Below the pieces are notes generated by a model. The model was not told the DNA's origin, ran no database searches, and saw nothing but the letters and a program-made list of their open reading frames with translations. Position numbers and translations under genes: made by a program. Of a stretch of DNA of 64,000 nt, positions 9,505 through 18,360 are shown one piece after another; within the stretch, counting starts at the first letter, position 1; the number at the start of each line of letters is the position of its first letter. Source of the DNA: an uncultured Prolixibacteraceae bacterium (GTDB taxonomy: Bacteria > Bacteroidota > Bacteroidia > Bacteroidales > FEN-979); the NCBI GenBank assembly GCA_964473485.1, contig CAYYPH010000019.1, positions 2,668-66,667 of the forward strand, given 5' to 3'.

Positions 9505-11817
9505 ATGACCACTTTGAAGCAAGCCATCGCGAGGATCCCTTTTTGGGCTTACTTGGTTGTACTTGTATCAATGTTTGTGAACACCGTGTACTTTGTATTT
9601 ACATACGCGGCAATCGTTGTTTATTCAGAATCTCCCGTCACTCCGGTGTTTTCCTGGGCGGTGTACCTTACAACCATTCTGTTTGGTACCGGCAGTCTCT
9701 ATCTTCTATACAAAAAGCCTGGTGATCGCCCGGTCAGGATTTTCTTTTTCTACGTACAGTTTTTTGTAATTATGATCAATGCAGGAAACCTTTTTGTGCT
9801 GAATCCTTTGATCAATATTGTGAATATTGTCTTCCATACAACCTGTTTTATTGGTTCAGTTCTAATCAGTTTCCATCTCGTATTTCCGAAAACGGTAAAA
9901 TATTACAACACATTAAGGAGCGTTTCATGGATCATCTATGTATTTACCACAATAGTTGTTAGTTGTTATTCAGCAAGTTATATTTACTCTGTTTATAATG
10001 AATTAACGCCTGACTCCTTTTTTTTCGTTGCTGAACGAATCGCTTTATGGTGGCTCACATTAACTTATATAGGTGCCTTGGCAATTGCTGTTTACCAGTA
10101 TGCTACTTTGAAAGACACACTCTTAAAAAACCAGGTGTTCATTGTCTGTATAGGATCTCTTTTCGGATTAATCACACCAATGTGCCTGGCTTTGTTCTAT
10201 GATTTTATCCTTCCTTTAACTTTTAAAAATCCCAATCCAATTGTTATTTCCCAAGGTATTTGCAGTTTAATCACCATCTGCTGCATCCTCACCGCCATCT
10301 TCCGTTACCGCATCTGGGATATCGAGGTCGTCATCCGGAAAGCCTTGCTGTACCTGGGAGCCACCGCCATCATCATCTTGTCGTACCTCTTCCTGGTCTG
10401 GCTCATTGATCAGTTCACGGCCGGAGCCACCGATCTGATCCGCTTTGCCGCCCTGGGCATTTCCGTAATCCTCTTCCTCGTTCTCCGCGACCGCATCCAG
10501 CGGCTGATCGACCGGATCTTTCACCGCGAGACCTACGACTCTGCCACGGTAGTATCCGATTTTGAAGCAAAACTGGCGGGGATTTACAGGTTTGATGAGT
10601 TGAAACAGAAAATTGTCCAGAGTCTTGATGAGATCTTCCATTTTAAATCCTTTGTTTTTAACCTGAAGAAAAACAACCAGATCTATGAACCCGCTTATGC
10701 TTTAGGGATCGATGATACGGACATTCCAGCAGAATATGAGATCTCCGCCGAAATTGAAGACAGACTCAGGAAATCAAAGGTCTTTTCCCCTCAAGAGTTG
10801 AATGTGACGTCCCCTGTGCTTGAAACGATCAAAGGAGACCTCATTGTTCCGATGGTATCCGAAGGTCAACCGGAAGGGTTTTTTATCTGCGGACAGAAAA
10901 AGTCGGAGCGGATCTATTCCCGGCAGGACATCAACGTGCTCTCATTGCTTGCGAGAAGAGTGGTTGCCATGCTTCATACCGCCAGCCTTTACCAGAAAGA
11001 TCTTGACCGCCAACTGATGCTTGAACGTGAACGCGCCCGCATCGCCCAGGACATGCACGACGACATCGGCGCGGGACTGACAAAAATCGCCATGATCAGC
11101 GAAGCGCCTGTTCAAGTTCCCGGTCAGCAGTCACTTACTGCAAACTTACTCTCAGATCGCTTGAAGAAGATTGCAACATCTTCCCGCGACATGATCTCCC
11201 GCCTGAACGTGATCGTCTGGGCGCTGAATCCCCGGTATGACAATCTTGAAAGCCTGGTCAGCTATCTTCGGAGATATTTCGGGGAATACCTTGAAAACTT
11301 CGGAATTCAATTCAGCACCGGATTTCTGGAAGAGGTACCCGAACGTGCCATCACACCCGACACCCGGCGTAACATCTTCTATATCATTCAGGAGGCCATT
11401 CACAATGCGGTCAAGCACAGCGGCTGCACAGAGATCGGCCTTGACATTGCATTCTACTCCGGGTCGCCGCACAATTCCACGGGCTTTAAACTTCAATCCC
11501 CCCTTGAAACCAATGACTGCACTTCCCTGCCACGCCATAATACCAATGACCTCATGCCACCACTGCATCACACGACCGGTGACTCCCTCACACTACAACC
11601 TCCTCGCCCTGAAGGAGAGGGGAAGAAGGAAAAGAGGCGCTATACCTTAACCTTCATCATCATCGACAACGGTAAGGGATTTGACCAGGTCAAAACCGGT
11701 TCCGGCGGAAACGGTCTGCTGAACATGAAAAAGCGGGCGGAGGAACTGTCGGGGACTTGCGAAGTTCAAAGTTCACCGGGGAAAGGGACCAAAATTACAG
11801 TACGGGTAAACATTTAA
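9505..11817 (+). CDS. Sensor histidine kinase HK1: multi-pass membrane, GAF-like, HisKA_3, HATPase_c (no PDZ)
   Basis: The start is trimmed to MTTLKQAIARIPFWAYL by analogy with the paralog N-termini. H-box ERERARIAQDMHDDIGAGL, N-box EAIHNAVKHS, G-box DNGKGFD...GNGLLNMKKR. Has a long insertion between the N and G1 boxes. Confidence 0.85.
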   Translation: MTTLKQAIARIPFWAYLVVLVSMFVNTVYFVFTYAAIVVYSESPVTPVFSWAVYLTTILFGTGSLYLLYKKPGDRPVRIFFFYVQFFVIMINAGNLFVLNPLINIVNIVFHTTCFIGSVLISFHLVFPKTVKYYNTLRSVSWIIYVFTTIVVSCYSASYIYSVYNELTPDSFFFVAERIALWWLTLTYIGALAIAVYQYATLKDTLLKNQVFIVCIGSLFGLITPMCLALFYDFILPLTFKNPNPIVISQGICSLITICCILTAIFRYRIWDIEVVIRKALLYLGATAIIILSYLFLVWLIDQFTAGATDLIRFAALGISVILFLVLRDRIQRLIDRIFHRETYDSATVVSDFEAKLAGIYRFDELKQKIVQSLDEIFHFKSFVFNLKKNNQIYEPAYALGIDDTDIPAEYEISAEIEDRLRKSKVFSPQELNVTSPVLETIKGDLIVPMVSEGQPEGFFICGQKKSERIYSRQDINVLSLLARRVVAMLHTASLYQKDLDRQLMLERERARIAQDMHDDIGAGLTKIAMISEAPVQVPGQQSLTANLLSDRLKKIATSSRDMISRLNVIVWALNPRYDNLESLVSYLRRYFGEYLENFGIQFSTGFLEEVPERAITPDTRRNIFYIIQEAIHNAVKHSGCTEIGLDIAFYSGSPHNSTGFKLQSPLETNDCTSLPRHNTNDLMPPLHHTTGDSLTLQPPRPEGEGKKEKRRYTLTFIIIDNGKGFDQVKTGSGGNGLLNMKKRAEELSGTCEVQSSPGKGTKITVRVNI

Positions 11818-11904
11818 TTTTTTTCGACTGTGTTCGAAATCAACTGTGATCGAAATGTTACCGTTAACTCCAAAGGGTTTGGCTTTGCCTGGTTGCCTCT
11901 TATT

Positions 11905-11957
11905 GTGAAATACGACGAAATGCGTATTGACGGAGACCTGCTTTCTTATTACTTTTG
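11905..11957 (+). promoter_or_regulatory. Box A operator-promoter, copy 2 (upstream of RR1)
   Basis: GTGAAATACGACGAAATGCGTATTGAC matches copy 1 at 26 of 27 nt. It is followed after 18 nt by TACTTTTG at 11950. The RR1 ATG is at 11962, so the mRNA is leaderless or uses the ATG at 11992. Confidence 0.55.
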
Positions 11958-11961
11958 AATC

Positions 11962-12603
11962 ATGCCAGGATCATCAGGTAAAATCAAAATCATGATCGTC
12001 GAAGACGACCGGGAGATGCGGGAAGGGCTGGAACTGATCGTCCGCTCAAATCCGGCCCTGGAATGCATTGGATCCTGTTCCTCGGGAGAGGAGGCGGTCG
12101 AAACCATTCCGGATCATGTACCCGACATTGTTCTGATGGACATTCACCTTCCCGGGCTCTCGGGAATTGATTGCGTAAAGCAGTTAAAACCACTCATGCC
12201 GTTCACACAGTTCATGATGTGCACGGTATACGAAGATAATGAAAACGTCTTTGATTCACTCTGCGCGGGAGCTACCGGCTACCTGTTGAAAAACAGCCCT
12301 CCGTCAAAAATAACGGAGGCCATCGTCGACCTCTACCAGGGCGGTTCTCCCATGTCTTCAGTCATCGCGCGGAAAGTGATCCAGACCTTTATTCCCGCCC
12401 CTGAAAAGAGCAGCGAAATTGAAAAACTGACCGTTCGGGAGCGGGAACTGCTCGACCTGCTTTCGAAAGGATATCGTTACAAAGAGATCGCCGACAGGCT
12501 TGGCATCAGCTTTGAGACCGTCCGCACACACATCCACAACATTTACGAGAAACTGCATGTACAGTCGAGGACCGAGGCGCTGAACAAGATCTATCCCAGA
12601 TAA
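11962..12603 (+). CDS. NarL/FixJ (LuxR-type HTH) response regulator RR1
   Basis: Receiver IMIVEDDREMREGL...[12 protein letters not shown] and HTH LTVRERELLDLLSKGYRYKEIADRLGISFETVRTHIHNIYEKL. The start could instead be the ATG at 11992 if the adjacent -7 box is the promoter. Confidence 0.9.
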   Translation: MPGSSGKIKIMIVEDDREMREGLELIVRSNPALECIGSCSSGEEAVETIPDHVPDIVLMDIHLPGLSGIDCVKQLKPLMPFTQFMMCTVYEDNENVFDSLCAGATGYLLKNSPPSKITEAIVDLYQGGSPMSSVIARKVIQTFIPAPEKSSEIEKLTVRERELLDLLSKGYRYKEIADRLGISFETVRTHIHNIYEKLHVQSRTEALNKIYPR

Positions 12604-12613
12604 AAACCATCCC

Positions 12614-12667
12614 CTACTGCCTACTGCAAACTGCCTACTGCAAACTACCAACTGCAAACTGCCAACT
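12614..12667. repeat. Heptamer array WACTGCM x ~7 (CTACTGCCTACTGCAAACTGCC...)
   Basis: Read directly. Lies between the RR1 stop and the HK2 start. Confidence 0.9.
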
Positions 12668-12706
12668 TCTTCATATCTTTACTCAACCTTTTTTCATACC
12701 CTCTCC

Positions 12707-15079
12707 ATGGGCAACCTGAGGCATTCGCTCCGCCGGATTCCCTATTGGGCCTACCTGCTCGTGCTGGCAGTTATCGGCATAAACACCGCCTGGCTGATTT
12801 ACCGGGGCAGGATACCGCTAGGAGGAGCGACCCTGAAGATGGAACAGGGATATTACATCCACGATTTTGTAAATCCACGGGGTTCAGTATACGAAGCGGG
12901 AATACGCCCCGGAGACACACTTGTTTCGATGGATGCTGTTGCCATTGAAAAATGGCAATATAACCTGAAGACAGGAGATACCGTGATTGCAGGGATTCTA
13001 AGGAATGGCAAAGAAACTGCAATGCCCGTGATCATAGATTCCATCCACTCATATGCCCCCTGGTTTTTCTGGTCCGTCTACATCATTGTGATACTTGTCA
13101 CCATCGGGAGCCTCTGGTTGCTGTATAAAAAACCAAATGATAAATCGGCAGTGTTATTTTTTATCGTTATTCAAATGTTCATGATTGTGATAAATGCAAT
13201 CAGTTATCAGGATAATGCTCCTTTGGGAATGATTGCCGTGTTTGCGTTTCATTTTAGCAGTTGCTTTATAGGTACGGCGCTGATCCATTTTCACCTGCTT
13301 TTCCCAAAACCTGCAACGTTTTTCAACCAGGGTAAAAGATGGCTTATTTTATTCTATATACTGAGCTTCATACTACTGACCGCTTATTTTACGTCCTATT
13401 ACTTTCTTCACTATCCTGGGTTTATGACCGGAAAATACTATGGGCTATTTGACAGGATCGTTGTGTCGTGGATGACGCTGACTTTCTTATTGGCGTTAGT
13501 TGTTGCCGTATTTCAATTCCGGACAATAAAAGACACCCTTTCGCGTAACCAGTTACGTCTCGTAATAACAGGTTCAGCGTTCGGCTTTATAGGCCCCGCG
13601 GCTTTTTCACTGTTTTATAAAAGTGTCGGCGATATTTCAGCGAAGTATCCCCTGATGGTGCCTGTTTCCCAGGGAACTGCGACCATGATCCTGATCTGCT
13701 GCATCCTGGTCGCCATCTTCCGTTACCGGATCTGGGATATTGAAATCTTTATCCGCAGGGCAATGCTTTACCTGGGAGCGACAATGGTCATCATGTTGTC
13801 GTATTTGTTGCTTCTTTACCTTGTCGATCTGTTTACGCTCCGTGAATCAAGTCTCACCCGATTTGTGATGCTGGCGCTTTCGGTCATCATTTTCCTGGCG
13901 GTCAGGGATTGGCTCCAGCGTATGTTAGAAAGAGTGTTTTTCAGGGAAAAGTATGATCCGACCACCGTTGTTTCCCGATTTGAAGAGAAGCTTGCCGGCA
14001 TATACAGGGCCGATGAGCTTAAATCAGGCATCGTAATGAGAATGGATGAGATATTTCATTTTTCGCACATCGCATTTCTCTTGAAAAAAAATGAACTTGT
14101 TTATGAAACGGTATTTTCGGCAGGACTTGATCATCAGAGAGTGAAAGGCGAATTTATGGTCACCCGGGAGCTGGAGAACAGGCTTCAGAAGCAGAAAGTA
14201 TTTACTCCGGGCGAAATGGAACAAATGCCTGTTTTCATTGAAGAAACCCATGCTGAACTGGTGGTTCCGGTGCTGAAAGATGAACACCCTTTCGGGTTTT
14301 TTCTTTGCGGACCAAAGAAATCGGAGAAACCCTATTCCATGCAGGACATCCGGCTCCTTTCGCTGATCGCCAGGCGGGTCAACGCATTGTTCCATACGGC
14401 GGCACTCTATCAGAAAGACCTCGACCGTCAGCTCATGCTCGAACGCGAACGAGCAAGGATTTCGCAGGACATGCACGACGATATCGGGGCCAGCCTTACC
14501 CGGATCTCTATGATGAGCGATCTGGTCAATAACAGGACCGATGTCGGGGATGGTGCCAGGCAATGGTTGGCGAAGATCAGCAACGCATCACGGGGATTGA
14601 TGGAAGAGATGAACCAGATCATCTGGGCACTGAATCCAAGGAACGATAACCTCGAAGGACTCGTAACATACATTCGTCGTTTCGCATTCGAATACCTGGA
14701 ACCTACAACGGTGGACTGTGTTTTCGATCTCCCGGCAGAGATGCCGCACCTGGCCCTGAGCGTGGAGGTACGCAGGAATGTTTACCTTGTATCCCGCGAA
14801 GCCGTTCACAACGTTGTGAAGCATTCAGGAGCCACCAAGGTGGTGATTACGTTCACCCCCCAAACCCCTCTCTGTGAAGGAGAAAGATGGGGGGAGGAAA
14901 GGTCGTTTAAAATCTCCATTCACGACAACGGGAAAGGATTTGATCCCGGGAAGTTCGAATTTCAGGGGAATGGGCTGATCAATATGAAGAAGAGAATGCA
15001 TGAAATAGGTGGAGCATTGGTGATTCACTCCATCATTGGCAGGGGAACGGAAATCGAACTGGAAGTGCCTGTGAGATAA
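12707..15079 (+). CDS. Sensor histidine kinase HK2: TM1, PDZ, ~9 TM, GAF-like, HisKA_3, HATPase_c
   Basis: PDZ-like GIRPGDTLVSMDAVAIEKW...GDTVIAGILRNGKE lies between TM1 and TM2. H-box ERERARISQDMHDDIGASL, EAVHNVVKHS, DNGKGFD...GNGLINMKKR. Confidence 0.85.
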   Translation: MGNLRHSLRRIPYWAYLLVLAVIGINTAWLIYRGRIPLGGATLKMEQGYYIHDFVNPRGSVYEAGIRPGDTLVSMDAVAIEKWQYNLKTGDTVIAGILRNGKETAMPVIIDSIHSYAPWFFWSVYIIVILVTIGSLWLLYKKPNDKSAVLFFIVIQMFMIVINAISYQDNAPLGMIAVFAFHFSSCFIGTALIHFHLLFPKPATFFNQGKRWLILFYILSFILLTAYFTSYYFLHYPGFMTGKYYGLFDRIVVSWMTLTFLLALVVAVFQFRTIKDTLSRNQLRLVITGSAFGFIGPAAFSLFYKSVGDISAKYPLMVPVSQGTATMILICCILVAIFRYRIWDIEIFIRRAMLYLGATMVIMLSYLLLLYLVDLFTLRESSLTRFVMLALSVIIFLAVRDWLQRMLERVFFREKYDPTTVVSRFEEKLAGIYRADELKSGIVMRMDEIFHFSHIAFLLKKNELVYETVFSAGLDHQRVKGEFMVTRELENRLQKQKVFTPGEMEQMPVFIEETHAELVVPVLKDEHPFGFFLCGPKKSEKPYSMQDIRLLSLIARRVNALFHTAALYQKDLDRQLMLERERARISQDMHDDIGASLTRISMMSDLVNNRTDVGDGARQWLAKISNASRGLMEEMNQIIWALNPRNDNLEGLVTYIRRFAFEYLEPTTVDCVFDLPAEMPHLALSVEVRRNVYLVSREAVHNVVKHSGATKVVITFTPQTPLCEGERWGEERSFKISIHDNGKGFDPGKFEFQGNGLINMKKRMHEIGGALVIHSIIGRGTEIELEVPVR

Positions 15080-15143
15080 CACTGCACCGCATTTCATGTG
15101 AATGGGCAGCCAGGCTCCCGGTAACCATTTCAGCACAATGTGA

Positions 15144-15190
15144 TAACACGAAAAGGGGATACCTTTTAGCAATTCTTCGTTGTACTTTAG
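15144..15190 (+). promoter_or_regulatory. Box C operator-promoter, copy 1 (upstream of RR2)
   Basis: TAACACGAAAAGGGGATACC, then TACTTTAG at 15183, 39 nt from the hexamer. The -7 box deviates at position 7. GATACCTTTT inside the box is an alternative -7. Confidence 0.4.
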
Positions 15191-15207
15191 CCGCTCATTA
15201 TCCATCG

Positions 15208-15861
15208 ATGTCAGAAACATTCAAATTACCCGGTAATCCCATCCGGATTGCGGTGGTGGAAGACGATAAAATGGTCAGGGAAGTGCTGGAGATTCTTCTC
15301 AGCGGTTCTCCCGGGTTTACGTGTGCCGCAGCCTATGAAGACGGTGAATCCGCTCTCGCCGGCCTCCCGGAAGTGAGTCCCAACGTTGTATTAATGGACA
15401 TCCACCTGCCGGGCATCAGCGGTATCGAATGCATAACAAGGCTTAAAGCGATGAATCTGTCAATGTTGTTCATCATGCTGACCATCTTTGAAGATTCCGA
15501 TGCCGTGTTTCATTCGCTGGCTGCAGGTGCATCCGGGTACCTGGTTAAACAAACCCCGCCGGCAAAATTGCTTGAAGCCATCCAGGATGTTTACCTTGGC
15601 GGTTCGCCCATGTCGCGGGAAATTGCCCGAAAAGTAGTTCAATCCTTCCAACACCCGGTTACAGCAGCCGATCCTGATATCAACCTGACCAAACGGGAAG
15701 ACGAAATCCTGTTATACCTTGTAAAAGGGATGCTGTACAAGGAGATAGCCGCTTTATTGTCCATCAGCGTGGAAACCGTCCGAACACACCTCCGTCATAT
15801 CTACGAAAAACTCCAGGTACGTACACGCAGCGAGGCCATCGTAAAGTATCTTACAAAATAA
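15208..15861 (+). CDS. NarL/FixJ (LuxR-type HTH) response regulator RR2
   Basis: [14 protein letters not shown]...[12 protein letters not shown]; [46 protein letters not shown]. Confidence 0.9.
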   Translation: MSETFKLPGNPIRIAVVEDDKMVREVLEILLSGSPGFTCAAAYEDGESALAGLPEVSPNVVLMDIHLPGISGIECITRLKAMNLSMLFIMLTIFEDSDAVFHSLAAGASGYLVKQTPPAKLLEAIQDVYLGGSPMSREIARKVVQSFQHPVTAADPDINLTKREDEILLYLVKGMLYKEIAALLSISVETVRTHLRHIYEKLQVRTRSEAIVKYLTK

Positions 15862-16036
15862 GTTTTAAGTTTTCAGTTCACAGTTTCCAGTTTAACCAAC
15901 TACCGACTGACATGCGGACTAGTGAGCAAGTGGACAAGCGGACAAGTTACCTTAACTGCAAACTGCCTAATGCCTACTGTCTATTGCCTACTGCCAATTG
16001 CCTATTGCCTATTGCCTATTGCCTTCTGCCTACTTG
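15862..16036. repeat. Mosaic array: (AGTTTTM)n, (GACAAGYG)n, (TGCCTAY)n
   Basis: Read directly. It starts at the RR2 stop codon (AAATAAGTTTTAAGTTTT) and ends with TGCCTATTGCCTATTGCCTATTGCCTTCTGCCTAC. Confidence 0.9.
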
Positions 16037-16084
16037 TAACACCAAATGGGGATTGACTTACTCGTTTCTGTAATCGTACATTTG
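16037..16084 (+). promoter_or_regulatory. Box C operator-promoter, copy 2 (upstream of Ycf48-like copy 1)
   Basis: TAACACCAAATGGGGATTGAC, then TACATTTG at 16077, 40 nt from the hexamer. Confidence 0.45.
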
Positions 16085-16177
16085 GAACAACAATGAGCAG
16101 GCGATAAGCACCAGGCAGTCAACGGTTAAATATTCTCGCCTAAACCCAACCTATAAATTATAGAAACGGAGGTTAAA

Positions 16178-18238
16178 ATGAAAAAAATCCATCTTGTAAT
16201 GTTAACCTTGATTATTGTAAACGGAACAATGGCCCAATGGACCTGGCAAAATCCTTTGCCAACAGGATACCGGCATAATTCCGTTTATTTCACCGATGTC
16301 AATACAGGGTATGCAGCAAGTTCATATGGGACCATTCTAAAGACAATTGACGGGGGCATAACCTGGAGCGCATTGTCAACTGGAACAACCCAGAAATTAA
16401 ATTCCATTTATTTCACGGATGCAAATACGGGCTATGCAGTTGGGGACAATGGAACAATCATAAAAACCTTAGATGGCGGTACAACGTGGACACTATTACC
16501 CAGCGGAAAGACTACTTATTTAACCTCAATTTACTTTCCCGATGCCAATACAGGGTATGTTGTGGGTGCATCCGATGGCAGTGGAATGGCAACCATTCTG
16601 AAAACTACCGATGGTGGCTCAAATTGGACTTCTTTTAATGGACCTGCCGGTTGGTTGTATTCGGTTTTTTTTCTCGATGCCAATACAGGCTATGCGGCAG
16701 GTAATAATGGGATCATCATTAAAACAATAAATGGTGGCGCAACATGGGGTGACATATCTTATGGAACGGGCAGCACGGTACATAATTCGATTTATTTCAC
16801 AGATACCTATACTGGTTATTCGGTAGGAACCGGCGGATTAGTTTTGAAAACCACCGATGGCGGTATAAACTGGACGCCACTATCAACCGGAGCGACCGGT
16901 GTTCTGTGTTCGATTTTCTTTAACAGTTCCAGCACCGGTTATATTGTCGGAGACGACGGAACCATTATAAAGACCATTGATGCCGGTACAACCTGGACGA
17001 CTTTGTCAAGCGGAACAACATATGATTTGTCTACGGTTCACTTTCCGGATGCCACAACCGGATACGCATTAGGCGCCCATGGAATCATAATAAAAACCAT
17101 AGATGGTGGCATGACCTGGTCTGAATTATCAAGCGGGTCATCGTATTTTTTTACATCTGTTTACTTTCCTGACAAAAATACGGGCTATGTGGCAGGTCGC
17201 GATGGAATCATTTTCAAAACCAATAACGGAGGTACACATTGGACTCCTTTATCAAGCGGAACGACCCAATGGTTGAATTCGGTTGCTTTTACCGATAGCC
17301 TGACCGGTTATGTAGTAGGTAATAATGGAACCATTTTAAAATCAATCGATGGCGGCATAAACTGGGTTCCTTTATCAAGCGGAACTACCAACTACATGAA
17401 TTCAGTCGACTTTCCCAATGCCAGCATCGGCTATGTTGTGGGATCCGGCGGAATCATTTTGAAAACCATTGATGGAGGCACAAATTGGAATACACTAACA
17501 AGCGGAACGACCGAATGGTTGAATTCAGTTTTTTTTATTGATGTCAATACAGGTTTTGCAGTGGGTAACATGGGAATCATCATTAAAACCATTAATGGAG
17601 GAACAACATGGAGTACTGTCTTTAGCGGCACACCGGGAGACTATTTAAATTCGGTTTACTTTCCCGATGCTAATACAGGTTATGCGGTCGGGAATGATCA
17701 TGTTGTTTTAAAAACCGTCGATGGAGGCACAAATTGGACTATTATTTACCTTGGTATGAACAGCGCTACATTTAACTCAGTTTACTTTACCGATGCTGAT
17801 AGTGGTTATATTGTTGGGGACGATGCCTTCCTCATGAAAACAACTGACGGAGGCATGACCTGGGAATGGCTGTATCTTGGAGCCAGTGAACTATATTCTA
17901 TTTTCTTTACTGATGCCAGCACTAGTTATATTGTTGGTTCTTTTGGTACTATAATGAAAACAACAAATGGAGGGGGCTACCCAGTATGGGTTAGTGAATA
18001 TTCTCATATACCATCCTCCTTGAAGATTTACCCGAATCCATCTTTCGATAAAATCACCATCGAAACATCTGCTGAAGGCCATCTATCGATTCAAAATCTA
18101 AGCTGCCAGGAACTTATTAACCAATACATAGCAAAAAAAGTCACTCAGATTGATATAACAACCTTACCTGCGGGGATTTATATAATACGGGTTACAAATA
18201 ATAAGTCAGTGCAGGTGGGGAAATTCATTAAACAATAA
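16178..18238 (+). CDS. Ycf48/BNR-like beta-propeller repeat protein (about 13-14 blades) with T9SS tail, copy 1
   Basis: Signal peptide, then a tandem ~45-aa unit ...GTIxKTxDGGxxWxxLxSGTTxxLNSIYFxDxNTGYxVG. Tail YPNPSFDKITIET...LPAGIYIIRV...GKFIKQ. AT-rich coding sequence. Confidence 0.75.
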   Translation: MKKIHLVMLTLIIVNGTMAQWTWQNPLPTGYRHNSVYFTDVNTGYAASSYGTILKTIDGGITWSALSTGTTQKLNSIYFTDANTGYAVGDNGTIIKTLDGGTTWTLLPSGKTTYLTSIYFPDANTGYVVGASDGSGMATILKTTDGGSNWTSFNGPAGWLYSVFFLDANTGYAAGNNGIIIKTINGGATWGDISYGTGSTVHNSIYFTDTYTGYSVGTGGLVLKTTDGGINWTPLSTGATGVLCSIFFNSSSTGYIVGDDGTIIKTIDAGTTWTTLSSGTTYDLSTVHFPDATTGYALGAHGIIIKTIDGGMTWSELSSGSSYFFTSVYFPDKNTGYVAGRDGIIFKTNNGGTHWTPLSSGTTQWLNSVAFTDSLTGYVVGNNGTILKSIDGGINWVPLSSGTTNYMNSVDFPNASIGYVVGSGGIILKTIDGGTNWNTLTSGTTEWLNSVFFIDVNTGFAVGNMGIIIKTINGGTTWSTVFSGTPGDYLNSVYFPDANTGYAVGNDHVVLKTVDGGTNWTIIYLGMNSATFNSVYFTDADSGYIVGDDAFLMKTTDGGMTWEWLYLGASELYSIFFTDASTSYIVGSFGTIMKTTNGGGYPVWVSEYSHIPSSLKIYPNPSFDKITIETSAEGHLSIQNLSCQELINQYIAKKVTQIDITTLPAGIYIIRVTNNKSVQVGKFIKQ

Positions 18239-18360
18239 TGCCCTGCCCCTTGAATATGAATTAATCAATGGGGGAGCATAAAGTAACCCATATACTGTCG
18301 ATAAACCTGTTCTTTTCCAATAAATAAACTATCTTTACCTGTCTGTTTTATGGCAGATCC

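Noticed and set aside
12614-12667. WACTGCM heptamers as canonical NarL TACYYMT sites
   Set aside because: Only the TAC prefix matches and positions 4-7 do not fit the NarL consensus. The same unit family occurs away from regulators (35678..35705).
16178-18238. Ycf48/photosystem II assembly factor-like proteins as evidence of phototrophy
   Set aside because: There are no photosynthesis genes. The proteins have signal peptides and T9SS tails, so they are secreted BNR/Ycf48-fold propellers of unknown role.
18239-18360. A fourth box class upstream of HK3 (TTAATCAATGGGGGAGCAT resembles box C)
   Set aside because: The match is partial and no TAnnTTTG-like box lies at the expected +39/40 distance.
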